A stretch of 64,000 nucleotides of DNA from Laetmonice hystrix (Eukaryota). The stretch spans positions 29,266,001 to 29,330,000 of the forward strand of contig OZ249436.1 in assembly GCA_965235115.1 (NCBI GenBank), given 5' to 3'. The notes under the pieces are model-generated. The model saw nothing but the letters and a program-made list of their open reading frames with translations, did not search any database and was not told where the DNA came from. The translations under genes and the position numbers were made by a program. Of the stretch, positions 1-13,341 are shown in pieces (within the stretch, counting starts at the first letter, position 1; every line of letters starts with the position of its first letter).

Positions 1-69
1 GAGGGTGTTACACCGGCGCCGTTAAATAGGCATGCGTTTCACAATGATATCAGGAATAATATTCACGTA

Positions 70-689
70 GAGTAGCGTGGGGCAAGGCGTAAGACGCCCT
101 GCAGATGGCATGTCTCGCTTGTAATTGCTTCAAATCTCCACCTAGCGTCTCTAGAAGCTTTATGCGGGACCGGAAGACGTCACGTCCGACCAGCTACACG
201 CCAAGCCAGTTTTCCGGCGAGTAGATCCAAAAAATTGTTTTTGTCCCTTTTTGAGTACAGTCTGAACTCAACATTATCTATCTGAAAAAGGGAGACTATG
301 TTGATCCCTTGAAAAACTATCAGATGTCGATTAAAATGTCAGACGTACCCTTGAATTCGCGGTCCAGCTTGCTTGGGGGATAGATAACGTGATGGCTGGG
401 ACAAGACATCTTCATCAGCATGGGGCAAGACGCCCCATACTAAAACATGATTAAACACTCAAAATTGATGTGGAGCAGGACGCCCGAATCATGGGACAAA
501 ACGCCGTTTTCGATTTTTTAAAAATAAAAAGTATTTTTAAACATTCTTTCAGAGACTGAAGTTAATTAAATTTACCCTTCATAGGTGCATCGGTACTGCT
601 TCGATACCTGAGAGAGTTGGCCTGTTTGTGAGTATTATGAAGGATATATGGGGTGATAAATTAGGGGTGCGCCTTGCTCCAAGCTACTC
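70..689. mobile_element. Non-autonomous TIR element (MITE) with TA flanks, Tc1/mariner-like
   Basis: GAGTAGCGTGGGGCAAGGCG (70-) pairs imperfectly with CGCCTTGCTCCAAGCTACTC (-689). TA on both sides. Internal repeats of GG(G/A)CAAGACG. Confidence 0.7.
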
Positions 690-1542
690 TACCAGAACCG
701 TATTAAGCGGCTTCAGTGAAGCCTGTAGGAAGATATAGACCTGCTGAGCTTCCTATTCACAAATATTTCTGAAGACAAAGTCGGCCCTTCAAATTCTATG
801 CTGGTGACGTGTGAAGACCGATGTGTGGGATATTGAAGGCAGGATGTAGTCAGTGCCCCGTGGTGCTGTCGCTGTATGAATGTTTTTTTTTTTTGTTAAA
901 AAAAAAACATTATTGGACAATCATGTTGCAATAACGATCTTCCGATACATCCAGTATTTCGGTCGACGAAAAACAATGTCACATGTCACATGTCACAGCG
1001 GCAATGTTGGCTATGACGCATGCACTAAAATACCGAAGACCAAGCAAATCGTTGAATAGGACGTTACCTGAAGGCCGTGAACAATTCTGTACACAATGAA
1101 GATCCAAATGGGATATATAGGTAAGCTTTTATGTCACCTGTCAGACGCCATAATTCAAGTTTGACGTTTTGTCTGGCACCGAGACGTTGACCTTTTGTTC
1201 GACCCAACTCGTTCTTCATCGTTTTCCATATGGCGCGAAGTGGCAGCTTGAGACCTACATTCGTTGTTTACGTTTTCACAATGACGTAGAATAATGACGT
1301 GAAGTGGAGCAATAACGCAGTGACTTGGGGTCGGAGCAGCCACCCACACAGTTTTTATTCCCTAGTTTCTGTGTTCCCCAAGTCCCAGCGAAGGAATCGC
1401 TTCTGCTGTCCCAATCTAAGAGGACGGTGCATGCATGGCTGCAGACTCCCCGAAAAGAGTAGGCCTATTACAGGCCTAGGCCCTACTAGGTAACAGCACT
1501 TCTTAAAATGGTAAATGTGACATTGGCGTATGACTGAAGATG

Positions 1543-2452
1543 CACTGTTAAAAATAACTCCGTAAATTTACGGTAAAAAGCCTGTGCAGCACCAGTTGCC
1601 AACTTTTTACAGTATATTTACGGGTACCGAAAAAGATAAGCACCGTAAATTTACGGTTCCTTACTTACGGTTTTCACCGTTAATTACGATTCACGGTTTT
1701 GTACCGTAAAAAAACCCCGATAAAACCGTAATTTAAAAAAAACCTGAAACCGTTAAATAACGGTAAAACCGTAAACGTTTTCAGGTTTAAGTCAGGGGGC
1801 AATCATATTAATTTAGTGTAGAGCCAGTCTTAGTCCGAACCGTACGCCTATCCAGTTCAAACAGGTCAATCCGTATAATTGTTCAAACATCTGGAGCCAA
1901 TGGGCTACTTAGCTTGAAATTATGGAATTTCCAAGCCAAGGAGTACATAAATACATCCTCTAGCCTCTAAAGATGGTGTTTCCAAAAGCTGTTGATGAAT
2001 CACACTTCATAATTAGGCCCCATGTTGAAATTCTACTCTACACGCTATGGCAAAGACTGTATCAAGATTATTATTAATATATGCCCATGGTCGCATTAAC
2101 CGGCTTTCATAGGTAGGCCCTATTTTGACACGTCGGGGTAAAAAGTCAACTCGTGCTTGGTTACTTTGCAGTAAATCCGTATCCCGCCACCTTGTGATTT
2201 TTGACTGAACTAGAAAATTTTACGGTAATTCTCCGTATATTAGGGCATTTACGGTATTTCTCAAACTTACGGCCCTGACCGTAAGTTTTTACTTATCCTA
2301 TACCGTAAATTGAAGGAAAAGGACCGTTTTAGGCGGGGTTACGGTGACGTGCGCTGCTTACTGTTTTTTTCCCGTTATTATTCAGTGACGGTAAGATACC
2401 GTAAAAAGTTTACTATATTTCTACCGTAAGTCGACCATCATTTTTAACAGTG
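1543..2452. mobile_element. CACTA/EnSpm-like MITE
   Basis: TIR CACTGTTAAAAA...TTTTTAACAGTG. 2-bp TSD TG (1541-42, 2453-54). Dense subterminal ACCGTAA/TTACGGT repeats in both orientations. Confidence 0.85.
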
Positions 2453-3102
2453 TGGCACAGGAATGACAATGGAGGGTCCGTCTCACTGAACCATTTCATG
2501 GGCAAGCCCTTGTGTAAACGTGATCTTGGCAGGGGGAGGGAGGAAGAGGCTGCATTCAGATGTAAATAGCTTGTGGTCTGAGGGGGCATTTCAGTGACCA
2601 TTAATACCAATCGTTTTGTCACACTCGTAGCTTTCGAATGAGGGGTTACCCAAAACAATGCAATGATTGGGGGTTGTCCTCTCAGAAAAAAAACTCACTA
2701 ATTTTGGCCCTGTCTCCGGTACCGCTGAACTCTAGGCCTACATTATGTGATTTACACGGTCACACCAATTGACCCTCGTTAACACGAGCTCTGTGATTCT
2801 GATATAGCGTGTAACTGTGATTGCAGATAGGATAATTACCCATGATTTAGTATCCAATTAGGTCAACAGAAAATCATTAATATTATTTTTGAAAATAGGA
2901 TGTGGGTCTATTAGTTCTGGGGCCAATCGAGAGAAGTTGTTGAAGGTTGGGGGTGTACGACCTGGATGCTTGTACAAGAGACCCTTTCGCATTGGGGCCG
3001 TTTCACTAACAGCGACGGACCGTCCGACTAGCGACGGGCCATCTGTCGCTTGATTTATGTTCTGGTATTTCTGGTCCGCGTCTCCGGTATAGGACCATCC
3101 GT

Positions 3103-3581
3103 TATGGCAAGCCGTTTTAACATATATGTATTCCCATTTAGTGATATTACGAAATGAATTTGAGATATCTGCAATTGATTTCGTGATATCACAGAATAAA
3201 TAATTAGAGATATCAAAAAAGAATTAGTGATATCAAGGAATGAATTGCCGATATCAGAAATAGAATTGCAGATATCAGAAATAGAATTGCAGATATCACT
3301 AAATGAATTAGCGATATCAAAAATAGTGAAATTAATGATCTCCAATTCTATTTCTGATATCTCTAATTTCTTTAGTGATATCCCCAATTCTATTTTTGAT
3401 ATCTGCAGTCCTATTTCTGATATCTCAAAATAGGAGAATTAATGATATCGCTAAATGACTTGGAGATATCATAAATTGATTTGCAGATATCAAAGATTGA
3501 ATTGCAGATATCGCTAAATGAATTAGTATATCAAGAAATAAATGAAAGAAATTCCGGAATATGTTAAAATGGCTTGCCATA
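3103..3581. mobile_element. MITE with TAT...ATA termini and 6-bp TSD (IS3EU-like)
   Basis: TIR TATGGCAAGCCGTTTTAACATAT...ATATGTTAAAATGGCTTGCCATA. TSD ATCCGT at 3097-3102 and 3582-3587. Internal ~21-bp GATATC-centred repeats. Confidence 0.85.
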
Positions 3582-4220
3582 ATCCGTCCCTGTTCTCGCG
3601 GACAGTTTCAGTCGGATAGGGAGCCTACTAGGCCTAAACAATTTAACTGCTACCAGGGTAGAACTGATTTCTGTTAAGTAATGTATAGCGATTTCTTTTT
3701 TTAAGAGGTCGTTGAATTTATCCTAGATAACGCTTGCGGTATAGATCTATCATTAAAAAAATAGATCAAGTCGTGCGTAACGTCTGTCAGGCCAGTCACT
3801 AGTCCCCCTTCCTCGTATAGGGGACCCCCGTCGGATACTGCACCATAATGTAGGGAGGATAGGTGAGGAAGTAAAAGGGTAAAATTACCGTTTGCCCCTT
3901 TCTTTATATAGGAATATAAATATAGGCATGGCCGAACAAGATTTCGAAATGAGTTGACCCCCCCCCCCCTTGCCCTAGATCATTCGAATCCTGACTTGGC
4001 GAATCGTCACCAGATCATAACTTCACACTGCTGACGAATAGACCGGGTGATTTGTGCTCAAATGGGCCGTAACCCAAAACAAATTGCAATAGTAATAAAC
4101 CATATACCAAATGAAAGCTCACGAGCTGCTCTATAACATATCAAAAGTCTAAGAAAATCTAATTAGTGGAACAACTTTTTCTAGAGGGGGGGGGGAATTT
4201 GGCCTTACGTATACCCATAT

Positions 4221-5059
4221 CAGGCCCGTAGCCAGCTATCCAGAGGGGGTGGTTTGTTGGAGGGCCAAAGGGGGACCGACAGTAAGCCCGGCGTCAGGGG
4301 GCCAGAGGGAAATTGAACAGCGCAAACATACGCAGGGGTCTCGGGGACCTCCCCCAGGAAATTTTTGATTTTAGAAGGCAATCCCCCTGCTATTTTCTGG
4401 CATTTTGAGATATATATAAATTGTGAAGTTTCTCAAAGCATTTCGGCCTATAGTTAGCAGGGGCGGATCCAGCTTTTTCAAGTAGGAGGGGGGTCCAACG
4501 TTTTTAGGGGCGCCGAAGGCTCGAAGTCCACGAGCGCCGAAGGCGCGAATCCTTGCTAGGGGGGGTCTAGGGGCATGCCCTCGGAAAATGTTGAAATTCA
4601 AGGTGTAATTTGGTGAAATCTGATGCATTTTGGAGCACAAAATAAGCTATTCAATGACCAGTGTCCGAATTCATGATTGGCAGGAAGGGCGCCATGAAAT
4701 TTTAGAGGGGGTCAATAACATGTGCAGTGAGACCCCAGAAAATTTTTCAATTCAGAAGGCAAAAGAACGCGATTTCCTGGCATCTGGAGATAGAATTTCT
4801 GAAGGTTCTGGGGGTCCTTCCCAGAACATTTTTAAATTTAGAAGGCATAAAAATGCTATTACTGGCATTTGGAGATAGAAATTTTAAACTTTGTCATAGG
4901 GGTGACCATGGGTCGGGGGGGGGGGGGGGTTGTTCGAACACCCCGAACACCCTCTGGCTACGGGCCTGACTGTCAGACCAGATCCCCCTCTCAGGGGGGA
5001 CTATGGGTCCAGGGGGTGGTTCGTTTGAACACCCCGAACACACCCTTGCTACGGGCCTG
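4221..5059. mobile_element. Composite hAT-like MITE with 5-bp TSD (hAT5-like)
   Basis: CAGGCCCGTAGC...GCTACGGGCCTG. TSD CATAT. The empty site is visible in the opposite arm of the host foldback. Contains a second 3' end at ~4968 and a CAGGGGCGGATCC-family copy at ~4458. Confidence 0.8.
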
Positions 5060-5336
5060 CATATGCCAGACGTTATTTGTGACATTACCTCTCTAAACAT
5101 TAATTTAATGCCAATATACTGTAATAATATAAGATAAGATGAGAGAGGATCTAAGATTAGATAAAATGAGATAATATAAGATAAGAATTTACTTATTTCC
5201 AGTACATAATACATAAATTTGTTGTTGGAAACACTGATTGAGCTACGTGATGCAGCATGTACATGGCGCAATTTAGTAAATAAGCAATTTAGCTTGATTA
5301 AGTAAACACTAGTCTTGAAACATTTAGACAAGAGTC

Positions 5337-7290
5337 ATGTGTTGGATATTGAATATAAACGGGATATATTCAAAACAACGTGCTCAAAAGCAAAGGCCTA
5401 AGGAGGAGGAATTTATACAAAAGCTGAAAGAACTAGAGGAAAACCTAAGTGAGAACAACCTTTTAGAATACCGAGAAATGAAAAAAGAGATTGGAAAAAT
5501 AGACACAGAAAACGCTAGAGGAATTATTCTGGCAATTATAAAAGCAAAATGGTATGAGGAACACCAAGTATTTTATGAACTTAGAGAGGAGGAATTCCAT
5601 CAAGAAACACATTCTAAAATTGAAGTTACACCTGGAAAATATATAACAGACCCTAAACCAATTATATTAGAAGAAGAGTGCTTTTATGAAAACCTTTATA
5701 AAGAGAAAATAACACAACTCGATTTGGAAGAAAATCAAATAAGTTTGTTAACCCTACATCATTACCTAGACTATCACCGAAACAGAAAGAAAGTTGTGAG
5801 GGACTAATAACTGAAGATGAGTGTAAGACTGTTTTAAAACCCTTAAAAACAACAAATCACCAGGGAATGAGGGGCTTACAACGGAATTTTATAAATACTT
5901 CTGAAATGACAGTACCCTTACATTACATCAGTATATTAGTATCTTGTTACAATAAAAGCTATAGCAACCAAATTCTACCCGTATCTCAAAGGAAAGCTGT
6001 AATAACCCTAATTGATAAAGGAAAGGATAGGTTATCACTTAAAAATTGGCGTCCGATTTCACTTCTGAATACAGATTATAAAGTCATGACTAAAGTAATA
6101 GCATATAGAATGAAAAAGGTATTACCGGATATAATACACCATAATGATTGATCAGACGGATTATGTTGAGGGAAGATCTATTGGGGATCGTGTGAGGCAA
6201 GTGTTAGACCTTATAGAATATAATGGAAAGTGAGGATATTCCAGGTTTAATAGTATGCACAGATTTTGAAAATGCTTTCGATTCCTTAAATTGGAAATTC
6301 ATGATAAAAACAATGGAAACTTTAATTTTGGCCCTAATGTTATTCAACGGGTGAAAACCTTTTATAATGATATCTCAGCCTGTAATATTAATAACGGTTA
6401 CACCTCAGGTTATTTTAAATTAGAAAGGGGAGTAAGCAGGGCCAGATCCAGGATTTTTTCAAGGGTTGGGGGGGTGGGGGGTGGGGGGTTGCAGTCATCT
6501 AGTCGGCCTATCAATGTATCATTGCCAGTTATTTGCTGTTGTTCTCTTATATTATTATATTATTATTATTTTATGGGATATTGGTTAATTACCACTTTAG
6601 ATTTCAGATTCATACCGTGGTTCTTTCAGGAAAAAATTCGACAACTTTTTGTTTTCTTATATGGGGGATTCTAAGGGAGGTTGCACCCCCCCCCCCCCCC
6701 CCCCGGGAAAGAAAATACAGGAATTCCAATACACTGTTTTGCATAATATAGGACTTCGCTTTAAATCCCCTCTTAGGTAAAATGGGTGTCGGATCAATGC
6801 AAATTTTGTAACGCCGATAAAGAAACACTATGTCCACTTACTCTATAGGTGCGTAAAGGTCCAAATATTTTGGAGACAAGTTGAAACATGGTTTAATACA
6901 ATTGTTAGTACATGGCAATGTTAAATTTATCAGAAGTGTGTGTTTTGTTTGGAGACCTCTCAGAAGCTCAAAATATCATAATATGGAACAGTGTTGTACT
7001 TTTAGGAAAGTATTATATTTATGGATGTAAAGTTCAGGAAAAAAAATACAGAACAAACGGGTTTCAAAAGCAGGTTAAACGAAGAATTAATGGTAGAAAA
7101 TAAAGTAGCAAAGAATACAAACAAAGAGGAAGGTTTCTTAGAAAATGGGAGGTATTTTTGAATGCGTCACATAACTAAGCTTCTGTATATAGATTTAAGG
7201 CCCTTGTAAGTGTTTGTCATGTATGTACATATAAATGTGTTTTGTTTTAATTGTACTCCTGTTGCCATGCTGTGTATGTATGGCCAAAAA
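5337..7290 (+). mobile_element. Degenerate L1/Tx1-clade LINE ORF2 fragment (RT N-terminal half plus C-terminal zinc-knuckle region)
   Basis: Motifs AKWYEE, NNKSPG, SQRKAVITLIDKGKDRLSLKNWRPISLLNTDYKVMTKVIAYRMKKVLPDIIH, DFENAFDSLNW and NNGYTSGYFKLERGV. Frameshifts and stops present. A MITE interrupts at ~6437 and the catalytic YADD region is absent. QEFQY..LHNI...C..VQIFW remnants follow 6710. Confidence 0.9.
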
Positions 7291-7810
7291 AAAGATTTGT
7301 TTCTTGTCCCCGCGCGCGTCACCTAAAAACCCCCGCGTCAAGTCTTTTTTTTTCAAATCAGACTGCTTTATATTATCTCATTTTATCTAATCTTAGATCC
7401 TCTCTCATCTTATCTTATATTATTACAGTATATTGGCACTATATTAATGTTTAGAGAGGTAATGTCACAAATAACGTCTGGCATATGGGTATGCGTAATG
7501 CCAAAGTTTCCCCCTCTAGAAAAAGTTGTTCCACTAATTAGATTTTCTTAGACTTTTGATATGTTATAGAGCAGCTCGTGAGCTTTCATTTGGTATATGG
7601 TTTATTACTATTGCAATTTGTTTTGGGTGCTTCCTTATTTCACCTAGACTAGAAGCAACGATCATAGTGCTTCGCTTTGCGGGATTGGGATTCGTGCGAC
7701 GCCATCTTGGTTTGAAGTGAATTCTCAAGCCACCCTTCTGCCAGAGGTCGTTTTTGTCCTATGTTCCCCTACCCACTGCCAACTTCGGACTGGTAAACTC
7801 TTGGACTAGT

Positions 7811-8078
7811 CAGTGGCGTATCCAGGGGGGTTTCCAAGTATTCCGGACCCCCCCCCCCCCTTAAAAAATTACTATATTAAGGACATTCTGGTAAAAAGGG
7901 GGTGTAAAATGCATTAGTTTAACCAAAGGAAACTTTCATATTTCCACACAAGATGTCCCGAGATTGCATTATTTGATGTCTTTTTTTTTAACTTCCCAGA
8001 AAACCATGGCCTAATGGTCATCTCTGAAGTACCTAAACTTCGGAAACCCCCCTTAAAAAAAATCTGGATACGTCACTG
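7811..8078. mobile_element. hAT5-like MITE
   Basis: TIR CAGTGGCGTATCCAG...CTGGATACGTCACTG. 5-bp TSD CTAGT. Confidence 0.85.
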
Positions 8079-9464
8079 CTAGTGAACCCTCGGACTAGTG
8101 AGACTTTTTAGTTAAGGTTCATGCTCAGCCACACTGACCAACAATGATAACAGGATGTGTGTTATATAGCCAAAGTAGGCCTATCTGTGTACATTGGAGT
8201 AGGCCTATATTTGTACGATGCATGTTTTGTAAATAAACGATGAGTTTTGTATTTTTTTTACAGAGTTCGCTTTTATTCTCTCATAAGCTGGGCCGAATTA
8301 GTCAAATGTCTAACCAAACGTCGAAAAATGACTAAGGATGTAGCTAACTTAGAATAATAATCATAATAATAATATTACGAAACATATTAGTCACTTCCGG
8401 GTCAGTTGACATGGGTCACTTGATCAATATTATTGACATAGCAATTTGACCAATTATAGGTTTGTCTTTTAAGACATCGTCAATTTGCTAACTTAGTCTA
8501 TTTGACCAACTTGGTCAAACAATTTTCAGTGATAAACGTTGAGTAAATGCACATAATTAATACAGATTTTAACGTGGCGCTGAAGCGTGTTACGTTTAAT
8601 TAAATTAGCTGACAGTTCATGCAGCCTCTATTAATAGGAACACTTGATGATTTTGAGATTGAATAAAGGTAAAATTGAGGATGTTTGACGTCAAAACTGA
8701 GCAGAATAGCTGCATTCCTATATCTTTCCCTCCCAGAAAGTTTAGCATAGGCCTAATAATGCCATAGTATTAGCCTGTCCATGCGGTTTTTTTTGCTCAT
8801 GTCAGTTACACACCACCCCCATCCAACAATACTTGTAACCGCCCATGCTGAAAGCCAACTTTATTTGATCAGGAGGTCCCCTAATTCCTGGCATGATGGT
8901 CCGGTCAGCGGGCAGACATGATTAGGGCCCATATCACTGGGACATTTTCGACCCGTGTGGACATTAGACTAATGATGTATGACGAGACGCATCCCGAGTA
9001 CAGCCGAGAGGGAGGAAAGCTGCACCGGTCTCTTTTTGGGTCAGGCGGTCAATATGATTATTGTCTGGATGATGTACAGACCAGAGTCAGTATAGGAAAC
9101 GACATCAACTTCGACAGGAGGGGTGTAGGCTACTGAGGGTTGGTCATCTGTCAACGAATATTTCAAGGTGGGTACCAAGAAAATGTATACAGACTGCATA
9201 ATTATTATGATGCCAACACTTTTATCATCTTGTGCAAAGTTTACCAGCGCATGGTAGGAGAAAACGAATTTTTCTTTGGTATGTTGAACTCACTGTGTTG
9301 CTAGGCCTTTAATTTTTCGATATGTATACGTTGTGTTTTGAGCTATGTATGAAACCAGTTTGCGGTTTAAGTTTGCTATCATATGTGCGAAGTCGATCGA
9401 ATATAAAAATTTGGACATTTTACTTTGAAAGGGGAGTTAAGACTTACTTTTTTTCTTCTCTTAA

Positions 9465-9896
9465 AGCAATCAGGGAGTATCTCTCGTTTCAATGACTCCA
9501 AACTTCAGTCATGGGCTGTTAGCTAAGGCCTTAGCTACATAAGTCAATAAATATATACCCACAGAAATGGAGAAATATAATGAAATGAGTTGCCTGTTGT
9601 CGCCATGAAGGGAACGGCTCATGGATGGTTGTTGACCTGGCATTGACTTGATCGGCCAATAAAATTCATCGGTTCATCCCCTGATTCAACGATTTTGTCA
9701 ATAACCAGCCATACGGCGATCGCTTCATAGCGACATCAGGCAAACTAGAATTTCATTCGATTTCTCTATTTTTGTGGGTAAACATTAATTGATGTAGTTT
9801 AAAGTGTAGTTAATGTTGAAAATGTTGAACCACCCCTAGCTAACAGCCCATGTCTGCAGGTTTGGAGTCATTGAAATGAGAGATACTCTAATTGCT
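9465..9896. mobile_element. Kolobok-like MITE (TTAA target)
   Basis: ~60-bp imperfect TIR AGCAATCAGGGAGTATCTCTCGTTTCAATGACTCCAAA. TTAA on both sides. A related copy lies at 63053-63341. Confidence 0.8.
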
Positions 9897-10094
9897 TTAA
9901 AATAATATGCTTACGTCGGCATCACCCCACTTGTTTATAGCCTTTCATCCGCAGAAATGTCATTTCAGTAGGCCTACTATGGGAAATTTAAAACACTGTC
10001 GTGACATCGGAATGAACAGGGACGGCCGGGGCATGGTAATTAAGTACGATAGCCATGTTGACAGATGGTTATTTTCGTCTTCAGAACACGAACA

Positions 10095-11607
10095 ATGCTT
10101 GATCAGTGGACCCAGAAGTTGTCTTTGGTTGCCGTGGCGGTCATAATGCTCGTATCACTGTACGCAATTAATACTGGTAAGTCCCAGTTACATGTTATCT
10201 ACACCTGCAAGGAGTTTAGTGTGTCTTGTCATTATAATTTCACAGAAAGGGGCCTCCATTCCCGATTCCTAATGAGCATAGACTTATTTGACGTTTACAC
10301 GTCTCTTTTAATGCACTTAGATGTTTCCATTAGGCCTACAATAGACGGCATCAAATGAAAAACAGCCAGATTTGGATGAGACGTTTTTATTTGACCGGGG
10401 TGGGAGTGGGGGTGGCGGTGGGGTGGGGGTAGGGGTTCTGTGTGATAATTTGAATATCTCCATGAATAGCTAACATAGAACTTTTTAATAGGGAAACATT
10501 TTGTATTTGATGGTCATAATAGCACGATTGTAGCCATGAAAGGGAGGGAGGGACAGAGAGGGAGAGGGAGGGAGGGAGATAGAGGGAGGGGGAGAGGGGG
10601 GAGGGGAGGGAGGGAAAGAGAGAGAGAGAAAGAAAGCTCCTAGGAACACCGCATCCCTTTTTTAGGTAGATCCCCCTCTATAGCCTACGTATTTCGTGCG
10701 ATGAAAGCATGGTGTGAATGACCCTTCTTTTAACAGCTCATGCAATTTCTATTATTAAGAAATATTGCATTGTTGGGGGAAGCTAAACAAAATGTTTCTG
10801 AGTGTTCCTTCTCCATCCCTAGGTGCTGCGTGCTGGTGCCCTAATCATTACACCCCAAGTCAGGTCCGATTCACGGAAACATATTGTTCGAAGCACCATA
10901 ATCATTTCAAAGCACTTGAGCTGGCCAGCTCAAAGAAAAACGTAACATCAGGATCTTTTGATCCCTCAAGCCAGGACACAATCCTGTTAAAATACCTGGC
11001 CGGAGAAGCGTTCGTTGCCTGTATTCTGTTTGCGTTATTGCAAGTTATCATGACATGCAGTACATTCGACGTGAAAATCTCCAGAGATTCCCACAAACAC
11101 TACAGCAAAGTGCCGCCGTATATCTGTCTCCAGATTTTGGGGATATCGGCGTGGATCCTGTTCGCTGTGCTGACCTACAGCAGCTTCACGCCCAGTTCTC
11201 TGGTGGCCCCCGAGGAACCATTCATTTGTCATCTCTACCCGCTGATCACCGCCCGACGTGTTCGCCAGACGGTTGACTGCGTCGACGCAGGCGAGTCGAT
11301 GATGCGCCTCGCCGTCATGGCGAACGTTGGAGTTTGTGTTGTTGTCGCCTTTGCCAAGGTCGTTCATCTCATGGCTATATTTGGAATCCAACCTCTCCTC
11401 ACCGTCAATAAAATGGCCGTGGTTCTCCGCGATAAAAACATCATCCAGAACACTGAGGAGATTGGCCTGGCTTTTGGTTACAGCGACCTCTACTTTGCAT
11501 TAGTGAACGGGAGCAAGGATGCGTTACCTCCGACTGTATGCCAGAGTGGACCGAGAAGGGAGCGGCCATATAGCAGCATAGTCGGAGAGGCTAAGATCTT
11601 ATGTTAA
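10095..11607 (+). CDS. Divergent innexin/pannexin-like 4-TM protein, 288 aa; join(10095..10176,10823..11607)
   Basis: Phase-1 intron GTAAGT (10177)...CCCTAG (10822) joins MLDQWTQKLSLVAVAVIMLVSLYAINT to GAACWCPNHYTPSQVRFTETYC, matching the innexin loop-1 G..CWCP..F/Y....YC pattern. Loop 2 reads PEEPFIC...RQTVDCV (cf. FPrvtlC...tvqCvL). Four hydrophobic segments. Confidence 0.75.
10541..10634. repeat. GA-rich polypurine tract in the innexin-like intron
   Basis: Almost pure G/A run (GGGA/GAGA repeats). Confidence 0.85.
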
Positions 11608-12578
11608 CGGAGTTCACGAAGGACATAACCCGACCCTCCCCCCTTGGATCCACGCCTGGGGGACATTGCACTAACGTTAGGACTGGTCCTACGTAGCACT
11701 AGGCCAGATTTGAAATAATTCTCCAAGAGAATGCATGGTGAAGATTACAATTTTCTTTTTTAATTTCTAAGTGTCTTTTAACTAAGCGAAAAAATAAAAA
11801 ACATTCAATACAATACACATTTTAGCCCTAGACATAGGGTTTTAATGATGCCTAAAATGGGTCCTTAATTCTATTCGCTTCTAGGACCGTTAGTGCACCC
11901 CCTTCCCGGTCTCGGTGTTGGGTGGGGGGGGGGGGGGCGAGCGGGGGGGGGGGGGGGCTCTGGTTACAGGTGGAGAGGTGGTTGGAAATTAACGCCGAGC
12001 CATCGGCAAGGAGCAGCATGAACCGGTTCATGCTGCTGCAAGGGGACACTGCTCTGGGTTCTCGGCATACCAGGGGCTTGGTGTCAGTTATTTTGTTTTT
12101 ATTTGAGGGAACGGGGTCATGTCACTAAGTTTTTATTAACCATCTAGGAGACTGTTCTCCGATCATTAAGATGTCATGGGAATGTCGGGGACATCACATG
12201 TCATCACATGACGACTGTTTTCTGCTTCACTTGGTTTGATGGATTCAAAATGTGTACTTTGCTTTAAGTATCATTTATTGTGCATCAGACTACAAACCCC
12301 TTAAATCAAATGGAGTGTAACAAACAGTCAAAGTCACCTAGATTTTATACAGCTCAGCACAAAATTGTTATATAACGAATGCTGATCAAACTTTATGCAT
12401 ACAATATGACTGAAAAAAATCACAAATATGGTAGTACGACAACCGGTGTCAACATCAAGTTTTTAACCCTATATTTCAAGGGAAGCCATTGTAATAAATG
12501 TGTCTACTAGTCATCTGCAGGTCGTTTCGTGACTTAGAACTTTGTTATCATTTAAACATGTGTGGAACAGTCTATATA

Positions 12579-13060
12579 CAGGGCGTCTCAGAAAAAATGA
12601 AATCCTAAAATATCATCATTTTGTGATGATACTATACTAACGATACTAACTAGATATAAGTTACCAAGTGTATCTGATAGGCCAAACCTTCTTCTTTCCA
12701 ATGGTGTCCTCAATGGAGTCACAGTTGACCGAATTATTATTGTTTTCCTTCCACAACCCAAATGCAGCTTGGGACCAAGTTAATAGGGAGGCCTATGGAA
12801 ATCGGTGGATGCAACTGGAACAAACGGGGAAGACGAAATCAATGTTAGTCGCCTTTTGACAAATTTGACATGGTTGGTGCAGACAAATTAATGATGAATA
12901 AAATTGGGTATCTAACATTCAGATTTCGTCTTCACCGTTTGTTCCAATTGCATCTCATGCGCTGATTTTTGTGTTTGGGACCAAGTTAATATAGGTACGA
13001 AAATGGAAAGAGGAGGGGGCCTATCAGAAACACTTGGTAACTTATATCTATAGTTAGTAT
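12579..13060. mobile_element. Tc1/mariner-like MITE remnant
   Basis: TA|CAGGGCGTCTCAGAAAAAA start. Internal inverted arms ~12648-12681 and ~13020-13055. Right terminus missing. Confidence 0.55.
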
Positions 13061-13299
13061 AATTTTCTCACAAAAAGTGCATGCACACAAGGCTTTAAGT
13101 TCCTGCTAGCGTCTCCGGTCGGTAGGTAACTGAGATTTCTTGTCAATCGGAACGACCGAACCATTTCCGGTTTACTTTGCTGTCGGTAACTAGACTCGGA
13201 CAGTAAAAGTGTAGAAATTCTACGGACATTTATCGGGAATCCGCCGGATCCGCCCGATTGAAGATTTAGTCGTTCCGATTGAGCTCTTGTCTGGGGTTC

Positions 13300-13341
13300 A
13301 TGTGTAAGCTGGTTGGCCTATAGGCCAACCAGCTTACACAT
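13300..13341. repeat. Perfect 42-bp palindrome followed by a ~37-bp tandem duplication
   Basis: ATGTGTAAGCTGGTTGGCCTA|TAGGCCAACCAGCTTACACAT, then (GCTTACACATACTAGTATACTAGTATCTCGTGTGTCT)x2 to ~13405. Confidence 0.95.

Larger units (their letters stand above)
4072..7628. mobile_element. Long-TIR foldback element enclosing an L1 fragment and nested MITEs
   Basis: Right arm ~7367-7628 is the near-perfect reverse complement of 4072-4220 plus 5060-5179. No TSD resolved. Confidence 0.8.

Noticed and set aside
3055..3433. Heptad-like ISEIELQ ORFs resembling coiled coils
   Set aside because: They come from the 21-bp internal repeat of a MITE bounded by TIRs and a TSD.
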